DNA of 64,000 nucleotides from Octopus sinensis (GCF_006345805.1 NC_043006.1:28582001-28646000), one strand, 5' to 3'. Numbered from the stretch's first letter, positions 24,804 through 37,671 are shown. Notes: a model not told the origin generated them from the letters alone. A program made the numbers and translations.

Positions 24804-25243
24804 CTGAGATAATAAAAAAAAATGGGAAGAACAAAATCATATTGGTCTTGAATGAGACTATATAAAAAGGATGCAGGGTTTTATGATAGACAAAGGTACA
24901 GCCATGAACTGTGATAGCTGAAGATCTAACTGTCCACTGAGATAAAGAAAGATATAGCTGTTGGCTGCGACAAAAATAGATTTGGCTGTTGGCTGTGATA
25001 GATGGAAGTATGTCTATTGGCAATGACAGACAAAGGTATAGCTGTTGGATATGATGAATGAAGGATTAGCTGCAATAGACATCCTTATTAAAAATATATA
25101 TATTTTTTGTCACTTTTGTAACAGTTTTTTTTTTTTTTAAATGGTGGGTGATGAGTAAAACACAAATGAATTTTAAAGCAAGAATATAAAAAAGATCTGA
25201 TAAATTGATAACTTGTTTTCTATAATCAATAATAAATACAAAC

Positions 25244-25360
25244 CTTATTCTTTTTCTTGATATCATCCACAACATCTTCAGTTTTAGTTAGATTATCTCG
25301 AGTCATATCTTGAAGTTTTTCTATTTCTGATATATTCTTTTTCAACTGTTCTTCAAATTC
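25244..25360 (-). CDS. LanA: Laminin alpha exon, coiled coil
   Basis: EFEEQLKKNISEIEKLQDMTRDNLTKTEDVVDDIKKKNK; phase 0 to 0. Confidence 0.88.
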
Positions 25361-27069
25361 CTGATAGAAATATAACAAAAAAAAGAAAAATGATAAAATG
25401 TGGAGTATAGTAAGAATTTAGGAACCAGAATAACTAAACTATATTGACTCTATGGATATGCCTGGGTTATTCTGTTCGTCTGCTTCCTGTAATTTTAATT
25501 ATTATTCAAGAAAATAAAAAGAAAAACCAAGGAAGCATTAGAACTGGGGTCAACAAGTTGGTCAATATTGATCCATTGATGTCTCCACTTGAAATGATTT
25601 TGAGTATTAACCCTTTAGCCATATTCTACCTGTTTTTTGATAAAGCTGATCATATTCAAACTATCACACCTACCCTACAATGTCATTCAAAAAGTATGCA
25701 AACACACCATTGAAATCCTGAAGCTACACAATAATGTATGATAAATTCAAAACACTGTGAATAAATAAGCAATAGATTTGACAAAGAAATCTGGGTGTGT
25801 TATGATGGAATCTGAACACTCCCATGAATGGATAAAGGAATGGTTCTGAAATGTATAAATATGTATGCATGATAGAAATAGCAGAACAGTGTCGTATGCA
25901 CCAAAATTTGCTGTTAAATCATTTGTGATTCCTGTCGCAGATAAATCGTGTTATCTTTTGTTGAAGGTTCTCCCTTGCAGGTATGCCTATGATTGAAGTT
26001 GTTGAATTTTGTTGAATACTGTTGCCATTTTGCCTGCGAGCCTGTGTTTTTTGTTTGTTGTTTTTTCCCCATTTTGGAGTGAAAAGACTCAAAAAAAAAA
26101 AAAAATTATGAATTGCAAACCAGTTCAGGCTCATGCTATGCTTCGGCAACTGGAAAATGTATCACTGCGACAGATTCACTGTATTTTGTATCTTTTAGTT
26201 GTTTCAACCATTGGACTGCAGCCATGCTGGGGCACTGCCTTGAAAGGGTTTTAATTAAAGTAATTGACCCCAATACTTACTTTTATAAGCTTAATGCTTC
26301 TATTGGACTCCTGCTGAACTGCTAAGTTATGGGGATGTAACTTACCCACACTGGTTGTCAAGTGAGGGTGAGGAATACACAATCACAAAGACACACACAG
26401 ATATATACATGCATACGTATGTGTGTGCGTGTGTATACATATAAATATATTCAACAGGCTTCTTTCACTTTCCACATACCAAATCCACTCACAAAGCTTT
26501 GGTCAGTCTAGGATAATAGAAGAAGACACTTGCTAGGTGACACACAGTGGGACCAAACCTGGAACCTTGTTGTTGGGAAGCAAACTTATTACCACACAGC
26601 CACAACTGTGAGAAATTATTGCTTTTAAATCAAGAAATTTTTTCATTAACTATACTTTTTTTCAATTTTATTTTAAAAATGTAAATATTATTTCTCCAAA
26701 GTACAAGAATTAACATTTGACCTTTTGCAAGAGTTTAGTAAAGTTTTTTGGACAAGGCATATGTTTAAAGAATATATTTGCCAGAAAAAAATCCACTCTA
26801 TAAATATTCAGGTACTTAATGAACAAAAGTAAATCAATGCTGGTTAGATTTGAACTCAGAACTTACCAGTAGAGAATTATATACTGCCACAGTTTATTGT
26901 CCTAACAAAAGTAAATATTATCATTCATGTTTGACTTGTTTCAATCATTGAGCTGCAGGCATGTTGGGGTACCTTGATGGTTTAATTGAACAAATCAACC
27001 CCAGTTCTGCTATTTTAAGTTTGGTCATTTACCTGTTGGTATTTTTTGCTGAATTTAAAAAACACACAC

Positions 27070-27940
27070 ATACATTTTCAAATGCTGTGGGGGCTCTTTT
27101 GAAGTAGTTGATGATATCTGCTACTTAGGGGACCAAGTAAGTGATGGGAGAGGATCTATGGAGAGTGTAATAGCTAGAAGAATAGGATGGAGAAAATTCA
27201 GAGAGTTTTTACTCTTGTTGACAACCAAAGATTTCTCTCTCCAAGTGAAAGGAAGATTGTATGATGCATGTATAAAAACAGCAACTTTACATCATGATGA
27301 GATGTGGCCCCTGAATGCAGAGAGCATGCAAATGTTAGAGAGGAATGAGGCTAGTATACTCTGCTATGTTTAATGTAAGTGTACATATATGACAAAGTGC
27401 TAGTGTATTAAGTGAAAATTTAGGCATAAGAGGAATAAGATGCAGTGTGCAAGAGAAAAGACTGCACTAGTTTGGTCATGTGAAACGGATGGATGTCAAC
27501 AGCTCCATAAAGAAATACTGATATCTCAAAGTGGATAGAACTCATGGAAGAAAGAGACCCAAGAAGACATGGGTCAAAGTATTAATAGACAACCTCAGGA
27601 ATCTGAACCTTTTGGACAAGATGATAATGGACTGAGATACCCTTTCTCCATGGCAGAAGTGTTAAGGTCACTCCTCCTGATGAAGGGGACTGGCCTTCAA
27701 GAGTTCTGTGCTGATGCCATGTGAAAAGCACCCATGCTGGTGCCACATAAAAACACTCATGCCAGTCCCACATTGAAAGCACCCAGCACACACTGCAAAG
27801 TGGTTGGTGTTAAGAAGGACATCCAGCCATAGAAACCAAGCCAAATCAGATGGAACCTGGTGCAACTCTCCAGCCTGTCAGCTCTGGTAAAATCGTCCAA
27901 CCCATGCAGCATGGAAAACAGATGTTAAAGGATAATGATG
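27070..27940 (+). mobile_element. RTE-clade LINE 3' fragment with 3' UTR
   Basis: EVVDDICYLGD...SVIARRIGWRKFREF...VKGRLYDACIKTATLH... Confidence 0.85.
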
Positions 27941-28178
27941 AAGATAATACATACATAGGAAGCTTTCACACATTTTCCATCTATCAAATTCATTACAAGG
28001 CTTACAGTAGAATGCAATTGCTTACAAGGGTCACAGTAGAAGACACTTGCTTAAGGTGCCACTTAGTGGGACTGAACCCCAAAATGACATGGTTGCAAAG
28101 TTAACTTCTTAATCTCACAGTCATGTCTGTGTCTATATACAGCAATATAACAGAGTAATGTGATACATTAAAACTTAC

Positions 28179-28366
28179 CAACTCTTTGCTGTTTTCTATG
28201 GCCTTTAGCATTCTCAAAGCAGTAACAGAATTAACTTTACTATCCTTGATATCTTTAGCAATTGCCATCAGTCTCTTTTCCATATCATTAATTTTTTCTT
28301 TTGTTCTATTGAGTTTCTTTTGCTCATTAATAACTGGCTGCTTTAGTCGATTGACTTTGCGCATAG
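28179..28366 (-). CDS. LanA: Laminin alpha exon, coiled coil
   Basis: MRKVNRLKQPVINEQKKLNRTKEKINDMEKRL...IENSKEL; phase 1 to 0. Confidence 0.9.
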
Positions 28367-28718
28367 CTACAAGGGAAATTTCAAGAAAATCAATTAAAAC
28401 ATAAACAAAATATAAAGTCTATTACACTTTTGCCTTTGGTCTGCAAGATTCTTGATGTGAACTTGTGAGTTGAAACAAATTTTGTGGTACCTTGGGATGG
28501 TGATTATATTAATAGTAAACACATGCACAGGTTCCATTTCATTTATTTTTATTATTAGTCAATTGGTTAGTTATTTAAAAACCTAACTAACTGATTTCTT
28601 AATCAGTTGGTTAATCAATCAATCAGTTGTTTGCCAAAGTCCTTTGATCACCATTCATAACCTCATAAATGACATGCCCGCTCTCCTCCAGGTCTGCTGA
28701 GATTAACCAACCAATTAA

Positions 28719-28934
28719 CCCTTTAGCATTTATACTGGCCGTATCTGGCCAAAATGGTCTGTTTTGTGCTCAAACTGGCTAGATCCAACCTCTTACATCT
28801 ACCCTACAATGTTAGCCTAAAAAATATACAGCCACATAATCGAAATCTCAAGGCCACAAGGTAATGAGGATAAATTCAAAACAATGTAAATAAATAAGCC
28901 TTACATTTGATAGAGTAATCTGAATGCTAAAGGG
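28719..28934. mobile_element. piggyBac-type MITE
   Basis: TTAA|CCCTTTAGCATT...AATGCTAAAGGG|TTAA; sister copies 33157-33369, 35286-35505, partial ~25609-25790. Confidence 0.85.
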
Positions 28935-28960
28935 TTAAGTGAGTAATCAATTATTTATTT

Positions 28961-29364
28961 ACTCTTTTACTTGTTTCAGTCATTTGACTGCGGCCATGCT
29001 GGAGCACCGCCTTTAGTCGAGCAAATCGACCCCGGGACTTATTCTTTGTAAGCCCAGTACTTATTCTATCGGTATCTTTTTGCCGAACCGCTAAGTGACG
29101 GGGATGTAAACAAACCAGCATCAGTTGTCAAGCAATGCTAGAGGGACAAACACAGACACACAAACATATACACACACATACATATATATATACATATATA
29201 CAACAGGCTTCTTTCAGTTTCTGTCTACCAAATCCACTCACAAGGCTTTGGTCGGCCCGAGGCCATAGCAGAAGACACTTGCCCAAGATGCCACGCAGTG
29301 GGACTGAACCCGGAACCATGTGGTTGGTTAGCAAGCTACTTATCACACAGCCACTCCTGCGCCT
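28961..29364 (-). mobile_element. tRNA-derived SINE family B, best-preserved copy
   Basis: Retains CpGs; head ggcgcaggagtggctgtg, tail ggcggtgctccagcatggccgcagtcaaatgactgaaac. Confidence 0.9.
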
Positions 29365-29877
29365 AGTTAGTTAAATAATTAACCAACTGACTAATAATAA
29401 AGAAGTGAAATTGGACAATTCCATGTGTTTATCATTGGTGTAATGACCCTCTTAAGATATAAGAAAAAAATGTACAGTCAACTGTCTTTAATTAGATACA
29501 GAAACAAACCAAAAACAAAAGATGTATTTCTGTTGTATAGAATATACAATGTAAATGGATGACAGAGAGGGTTAGAAACAAGGACAATAGGTTGAGGGAT
29601 AGACAAAAGGAAATCGATGTATAAAAGAGATGTATAAATGAAGCAAAGATAAGGAAACTAATAAGGCCTACACAGAAATGGATGAATGACACAGCATCCG
29701 TTCATTAGACTAATATTATTTCTATTTATTTATTTATTGCTTTTATGCATTCTGCTATTAGAGAATGTTATTTTCGACTTCACTAGTTTCTCTATTCACT
29801 GAACAAGCTGTAGCACAACTTTGATGTTATAAACAAAATATGTGTGTATATAAATATATATATAATGTGTATATATA

Positions 29878-29991
29878 TATACATAAATAGGAGAGAGTAA
29901 CCACTATGTGGTCAACTCTAGTGCTAAAAATAGATCTATTTTTAGCACTAGAGTCAACCACATAGTGGTTACTCTCTCATATTTATGTATA
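29878..29991. repeat. Spacerless palindrome (~114 bp) centred on AGATCT
   Basis: Position-by-position pairing gives 3 mismatched pairs. Confidence 0.95.
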
Positions 29992-30197
29992 AATTTATTT
30001 TGTATCCCTGGTTTTTATGTGCTAAGCCACTTGGTGTTAAATTGATAGTAAATTGATATATATATATATAAGTGTATATATTTGTATATATGTGTGTAGA
30101 TATATATATATGTGTGTGTAGATATATATATATATATGTGTAAACATGTATACAAAATGCATATATATATATATACATATTTAATGCATATGTATAA

Positions 30198-30230
<33 letters not shown>

Positions 30231-30472
30231 ATAATGTGTGCATATGTGATCAGATTCAGCTGAAAATATGCACACCTATGTTAAAAGTGCTAGTGAGTTT
30301 GCAAGGCAACATTAAGTTTGCTTAATTGAAAGGCATCACCTCTAGGGCAAAATTCCTCATCTTTTAAAATGTGGGCCCACATACACCCGAATGAAATCGG
30401 GTTATAATGCGAAACAAGTAAAATGATAATAAGCTATTTTAATTCCGAGCAAGGCCTGGTATATCTGTCTAA

Positions 30473-30976
30473 TCTATAAAATGAAGAAGGCGAACATTGA
30501 TATAAATTGGATTTTTATGTGAAAAAGGGGTCTAAATGGGGCTTAAAGGAGATTAAAATTTACAGGAGGGCATAACTTGAGGTGGGAAATTGATTGCGAG
30601 ATGTTTTGGGGCGGTACAGTGGTTGCTTTGGTGTGAAAACTGGGATTTTATTGATTTTGGGGGGGGGGGACACTTGGGGGTCTAGATCGGACACCTTTTG
30701 CCCGATTTCAATCAAATTTTAAACATGGTAAAGTGGAAGCAGATTTGTAATTTAAACGCGGAAATCTAATTATTTATAAATGGGAGAGAGATAGATAGAG
30801 AAAGATAAAAAGTAAGAGAAAGTGAGGGAGCATCCGAGATAAAGGAAGAGTAAGAGATTGGGAAAGTGAGAAAGGAGAGAGAAACAAGAGAATGTGGCGA
30901 TAAGAAACAGAAAGGAAGGAACAGAAAGTAACACCCATAACCTTACCCGTGCGTAGAGTGGGTTACCTTAAGCTAG
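30473..30976 (+). mobile_element. Non-autonomous Helitron
   Basis: A|TC start, hairpin-like acccgtgcgtagagtgggt, CTAG|T end; a second Helitron-like 3' end lies just upstream (ccgagcaaggcctgg, ~30445). Confidence 0.7.
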
Positions 30977-30989
30977 TAAACAAATAAAT

Positions 30990-31090
30990 TCAGTTTATGT
31001 GCATGTGTGTATGAGAGAAAGAGGGGGGGAGAGAAGGAGAGAGAGTGTGTTTGTGCATGTGTGAGAGTGTGTATGTGTACATGTATGTGG

Positions 31091-31125
<35 letters not shown>

Positions 31126-31530
31126 ATTGAATATGAGTATGTATTAGTGTGCACGTGAGTCTGAGTGTGTATTTCTGCCATGTGAGTGTGAATGAATGTG
31201 GGTTTATATATGTTTGTACACATGTGTGTGTGAATGTATGAGAGTGTGTATGAGTGTGTATTTGAGTGCATGTGTGTGTACATATGTGTATGTGGAGTGT
31301 ATGTGATGTGTTTATATGTGTGAGAGTGTGAATATTAGTGAATGTGTGTGTTTCCATGTGTATGTAAATATGGATGTGTGTGTGTGTGTGTGTGAGTATG
31401 TGCAAGTGTGTATATATGTCTATGGGTGTCTGCGTGAGTGTGTCTTAATGTGTATGTATATGTGTGTACAAGTGTGTATTTGTGTGTGTGTGTGTGTGTG
31501 TGGGTGGGTGGGTATGCGCGTGTGTGCATG
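30990..31530. repeat. Degenerate (TG)n/(TGTA)n microsatellite field
   Basis: Direct inspection; source of several spurious His/Thr-rich ORFs. Confidence 0.95.
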
Positions 31531-31569
31531 CATCTAATAAACTTAAAATAGAGTATAAATCATTTTTAC

Positions 31570-31728
31570 TTTCGTTAGCTTCATCCAACTCCTTTTCAGA
31601 TTTTTGCCGAGGTTTCATAAAGTTTCTGTCATTAATTGCCTTCTTAAGTTTATGAGCTTTATCCAACAGCTCTTCCAGTGTTTCTTGTTTTTTACCTATA
31701 TTGATCTGTTTGATATAGTTGATCATGT
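31570..31728 (-). CDS. LanA: Laminin alpha exon, coiled coil
   Basis: MINYIKQINIGKKQETLEELLDKAHKLKKAINDRNFMKPRQKSEKELDEANE; phase 1 to 1. Confidence 0.9.
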
Positions 31729-33430
31729 CTGAAAACATAAGAGGAGGGGTTGGAATAAAAAATTCATTAAGTTTTAGTAGAGCTACATGGATGCATATTT
31801 AATCTTCAGACACACACACACTCTAATATAACGAATGGAATTGCTCCACTGAGAAACAGTCTTTGAGTCCAAGTTCTTCACCAAAATTTTAAATCCCAAG
31901 TCAACTTCAGTTGAAGCCAGTCTATCACTTCAGTAACTGTACTTATTGTACTTCAGCACAATAATTGCAAGAGTTATTGTACTTCAATAACAAGAAGTAG
32001 AAGGTTAGTTGATTATAGCAACCTCAGTGTTCAACTAGTTCTTCTTTCACTAGCTCCGAAAGGATGAAAAGCAAAGCCAACCCTAGTGGAATCTGAACTC
32101 AGAAAACATTGAATCACAGTTACAAAATATGAACAAAATCTATGTTGAAAATGTAAAGGACAGTTGTAAGGAGGAGGAAAAAAAAAAACAACAGAAATGA
32201 TTAAAAATCTAAAAAAGAAAAAAAGATGAAAATTGTTATTATGTTATGGTAAGGAAAACTCTTACATGGCCAGTACCTAAAAAGGGTGAACAGAGAAGAA
32301 ATGGATAAAAACAAATACAGTATTGACTGAGGTAGTCAAAAGTGAATATTTTTTATTGCAGGTTACAAAAAATTTCAGGTTTATGTAGAAATCTTATGAG
32401 GTGAGGAAAAAATTGAATGAGATATAAAAAATAATTTTGGGTGATAATAAAGTCTTTTTAATATTAGGGAACTCCAACTAAAGGTATATAGGAACTCTAT
32501 AGATCTAGGTTCTCCTGACTAGCAAAAGCAAGTTCCCTTTCTGAACAGTTGTTCTCCAACTTACAGCTGCTTTCTAAAAACAGTCATTCTCTTGCCAATT
32601 TCACCTCTGACACCCACTTATGAAAAAAAAAAAAATTACTGGAAGAGAGTAACATTTCATCCTCATTATCATTTTAACATTCACTTATCCATAGGTTGGA
32701 CATAGTTTATTGAAGGAGATTTTCTACGGCTGGAATCCTTTCCTGTCATCACTCTTCACCTTTTTCTAAACAAGTAATATTTCCCTATGTCACCATGATA
32801 GAGTAACTCTCTCTTCACTTTCATCTTCCTTTCTAAATGAAACTTTAAAAAAAAGTTATAGAGAACCTGACTGAAGAGGAAAGTATGTCTTCACTCCTCT
32901 CAGCCTCATGTATCATACCTTTTCCCCTACGGCCACCAGACAAAAGAATACTGCCAACTCATTTGATTAAAGGAAGGCAGTAGAACAATGGCTGGATCCA
33001 CGTTACATTCAACATCAGCCATCAGACATTAACTTCATAACTTAGTAATGTTCAGACAGGCCCATCTTGATACTCTGTGCCTGTATAGTTTCCCTAAAAC
33101 TGGTAGTGTTCCTCACTAATACTCCCAGCTCCCAAATCAATTCATTGGTCAATTAACCCTTTAGCATTCAAACCAGTCATATCCAGCCCATATATACTAT
33201 CTGTTTTATGTTCAAAGCAACCAAATCCAGTCTCTTACATCTACCCTACAATGTTATTCTAAAAACAAGCAATTACATCTTTGAAATCTATGAGACAATA
33301 CATGATTAATTTAAAACAATGTGAACATATAAGAATTAGATTTGATAGAGTAATCTGAATGCTAAAGGGCTAAGTTAAATACTTTATTGCTCTTCACTCT
33401 CAACTTCCTTTCTTTCTAAATGGAACTAAC

Positions 33431-33648
33431 CCTTTTGTTACCGTATTTATTTTGAGATGTTGTATGTCTCTTTCAATTAATTTAAATAAAACAAAGAATT
33501 TAGTAAAATATCTTAGTTATCACTCAACTAGTGTTAGGAACATAAATTGTGACTAAGGTTTAGTGGAAGATTTTAATTCAGAACTTATGAAAATAAGACA
33601 TTTGTACTCAGAGCCAGAACCGGTTTCAGCTGGGTTGGTAACGAAAGG
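33431..33648. mobile_element. piggyBac-type MITE, second family
   Basis: TIR ccctttt gttacc / ggtaacgaaaggg; degenerate TTAA flanks. Confidence 0.6.
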
Positions 33649-34182
33649 GAAAAAAGTCAGTGAGGGATTGACCAAAGAGAAAAGTGTGTCTTCAGTCCTC
33701 TTAGCCTCATTAACCACACAACCTCTTTCTCTATAGTCAGCAGTCAAAGGAAAACTACTTGCCAGTTTTTTTTGTTTTCTTTTGTTAAAGGGCAGTGGAG
33801 TAATCTTTATGATAGGCTTGGCCACTGGTTAGACCCACCCTACACACAGCTGTTTGAAATAAATCTATATCTCAGTAATGATCAGACACTGAACATGAAC
33901 ATGCAAAATAGTCCTACTGCTCTACTTGCATCTCAGGCAAGCCTGTCTGACAGCACTCCAGGCTTTTAGTTTATCTAAAACTGGTTGTACTCTTCACTAA
34001 TGCTCCTAGCCCGATATTAATTCATGTGTCCAACTATAATTGTACATTTCATCCTCATTATCATTTTAACATTCACTTATCCATAGGTTGGACAGAGTTT
34101 ATTGAAGGAGATTTTCTATGGCTGGAGTCCTTTCCTGTCACCACTCTTCACCTTTTTCTAAACAAGGTAATATTTCCCTATG

Positions 34183-34348
34183 TCGCCATGATAGATCGTT
34201 AGCCACTAAACATTTTTTTTCTCTTCTTGTTTTTTTCTGTGTCCCTTTCTGTAGAAGAGCGTAGGCTCGAAACATAAAAGACTTTTTCTATTCTTTTTGT
34301 TTTATACACCACCTGCCTTCGTCTTTTGTTTTTTTCGTAAACTCTCCC
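34183..34348 (+). mobile_element. Short hammerhead-bearing repeat (copy 2) with 15-bp TSD
   Basis: TAATATTTCCCTATG at 34168-34182 and 34349-34363; core CTGTAGA-A-GAGC GTAG GCTC-GAAAC-ATA-AAAGAC at 34249-34282. Confidence 0.7.
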
Positions 34349-34877
34349 TAATATTTCCCTATGGCCAGACATCATTATCATCATCATTTAACATCTGTCT
34401 TCCATGCAGGCATGGGTTGGATAGTTTTACAGGAGTTGGTAGGCCACTGTCTACTTTGGCATGGTTTCTACAGCTGGATGCCCTTCCTAATACCAACCAC
34501 TCTAAAGAGTAGTGTGAATGCTTTTTATGTGGTACTAGCACCGTCTTTTGTTTTTTGTTAAAAAGACATTTTCATGTTTTCACAGAATATTAGAAATTAA
34601 TTTCACTGCTTGAGACATTCATTTACAACTATCACATGATGTCAAGAGAAGGAGATAGAAACACACAGGCTTCTTTCAGTTTCCATCTACAGGATACACT
34701 TACAAAACATTGTCCCCCCTGGGGCTATAGCAGAAGACATGTGCCCAAGGAGCTATGCAGTAGAGCTAAATCTGAAACCATGTAATTGAGAAGCTAACTT
34801 CTTAAACACACATCTATGCCAGTGCTTATTAATATATGATTAAGTATAGTAATATTTTATTACCAATTAATACTTAC

Positions 34878-34983
34878 TAATGATGTCAGTCATTAAACCT
34901 TTCATTTCTGGTAATTTGGCCAACTTCTTCAATTTTTTCCCGTCTTCAAATAAACTGGTAACAGAACCATTTAGTCTTTTAGC
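34878..34983 (-). CDS. LanA: Laminin alpha exon, coiled coil
   Basis: AKRLNGSVTSLFEDGKKLKKLAKLPEMKGLMTDII; phase 0 to 1. Confidence 0.85.
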
Positions 34984-37671
34984 CTGGAACAAAATGAGAG
35001 AAAATTCTGTTAAGAAAGTAACACGTGAAATATTATAATTGTTATTTACAATTGCAATGATAGCAAAAGTAGTAATCGATGTCATAGGCAGCATATTTAC
35101 TCTTGTTGTTTCTGAACAGATCTTCTGGCATAAAAGCAACCAAGGGAATATGATCTTTTAATTTTACTTTCCATGTACTAATCAGAGGAAGAAGGACAGA
35201 AGTTCTTATACCCATTTACAGAACCTCAGACCAGAGAACCGATCTGAATGCTTGCAAAGGTGTGGACTCTGCTGAAGACATTTAACCCTTTAGTGTTTGC
35301 ATTATTCTGCCAAAATTGATGCTTTTTTTTCCACATTGTTTTGAACTAATTGTGCATTATCTTGTAGCTATGAGATTTTGATGAGGTAGCTGTTAATTTT
35401 TAAAATGATATTGTAGGTTGGTGTGAGAGACCAGATCTGGCCAGTTTGAACATAAAACAGGCAGAATACTTTTGGCCGGATATGGCCAGTTTAAATGCTA
35501 AAGGGTTATGGTCTGATGATGAGCCATGCTTCATGCAACCCATTTCTCAAAAAGGGTCTCTTCATGCCTGGTGTAGATCAGCTGAGGTTATGGTAGAAGA
35601 CACTTGTCTAAGGTGCTACATGATGGAATGAAACATGAAACCATGAAATGGTGAAGTGAACCTCTTCAGAGACATGTCACTTGTAGTGAATAATGAATAC
35701 TCTGTATTTATTGCATATGTGATTATTCATTTAGCTTATGGACTACATTACACAATGTATTTCATTGAACGGTGATGTTTTATTGTGTGGTATATATACA
35801 GGATAATATTTCATAAGGTGGTGAGCTGGCAGAAACATTAGCACGCCGGGTGAAAAGCTTAGCAGTATTTCATCTGTCTTTTTGTTCTTAGTTCAAATTA
35901 CACCAAGGTCGACTTTGCCTTTCATCCTTTCAGGGTCGATAAATTAGGTACCAGTTGTGTACTGGGTCAATCTAATCGACTGCCCCCCCTCCCCCAAAAT
36001 TTCAGGCCTTGTGCCTAGAGTAGAAAAGTTAATGTTTCAGTATACAATCAGCAGCACCACACCACCACCACCATCATCATTGTCATCGACATCGTCATCA
36101 TCATCATCATCATCATTTAATGTCTTTTTTCCAAACTGGCATGAGTTGGATGATTTGACAGAAGCTGGCAAACCAGAGGACTGTGCCAAGCTTTACTGTC
36201 TGCTTTGGTATAGTTTCTATGGCTGGATGCCCTTCTTAATGAATGCTAACCACTTTACAAAGTGTACTGGCTGCTTTTTACATGGCACCAGTAAGGCCAC
36301 CAAGTAATTTAATAGACAGCTATCTACTCTGCCAGTGTATGTAAGAACTACAACAAACAGACCCATGATAACCTTGGTCAATAGAGAACAGTTGCACTCT
36401 TGGCAAACCCAGAATTGCTTCAGTTTAGAAGGGGTCCTAACAAGGTTGTCCACCAAGAGTGTGTGTGTGCATGCGCACGTACACATGTGCATGTGTTTGC
36501 TGGTATTTTGTGTTTGTCTGAAAGCTGTCAGTATTTAACCACATATTAGCCTCAGTTGAGTAAACAAGATCAAGCGTGGCTTGGTCATGACCATCCTGAT
36601 GTAAGTTTCATATATCTAAGACTTATTTCAAAAATGAACTTCTGTAAAAGCAGATGATAGTGTGTGATATGACAGAATTTGGCTGCTGTTTCCAACAGGT
36701 CAAACAACTGCACAGAGACTCTCTTGCTGGCTTGTCTGTGATTCCCCAAATGCGTTGCTCATAGTTGAATGTACAGCTACTAGAAGAACCCCCATGCACT
36801 GCTAATGGTAGAATGTGCAGTTGCTAGAGCGCCCAGTGTATAGCTAATGTCTGGATATGTAATTGCCAGAGGCCCTCATGTGTCGCCAATGGCTGAATGT
36901 CCAGTTGCTAGAATCTCTACTGCATTGCAATTGCTAGAGCATCTAGCATGTTGCTTGACCTACTAGAAGATAGCAACCAAATCTCCCTCATATCATATTC
37001 TGCTAGTGAATAAAAGAACACATTTAGGATGTGATCTTATGCACATTATATCAACAAAATGACTGGATGATCATGGTCAGAATATCTTTGATCATTGATC
37101 AGTTCAGTCAGTGCTGGCCTGGGGCTAGACAACACCAATAACCCCAAAGCTCAACATGAGTACCAAAAGTAACAATGAGTGAGTCTCTGGGTGGTCACTT
37201 CACCTACATGAAAAAGCAGCCAAATATTCTTCGAGTCATACCTCCACTATCATAAGTAAAGAAGGATATACTACTTAATGTAGTCCATGACATATGAAAA
37301 GATGATGAGAGGGCCATAGCTGGAATGGCTTTGATCAAAGGTCTGTTCGGTCAGGGTGACCTGGAGGTAAACAACAACAAAGAACAACAGCAATGCAGCC
37401 AATGGCAGCAGCAGCAACAACAGCAGTTCAAGAATTTGGACCTGGAGATCTCCATTTCCAGCGACTTCGAGGGCCACCGCCCAGTGGTGTCGGGCGTCCA
37501 ACGAAGAGCCCTCGACTACAACAAGACGACCAAAGTTTTTTTTTTGCCAAGGCCTGGTGTCTCCCATCCCTAAACCCTAGACCATCACCTAATCACCCTT
37601 ACCCGTCTTGTTGCTTAACAACAACAACAACAACAACAACAACAAACAAACAAAAAAACAGAAAGTCTTAC

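Noticed and set aside
27670-27710. CTGATGA-AGG...CCTT
   Set aside because: Lacks GAAAC; part of the RTE 3' UTR.
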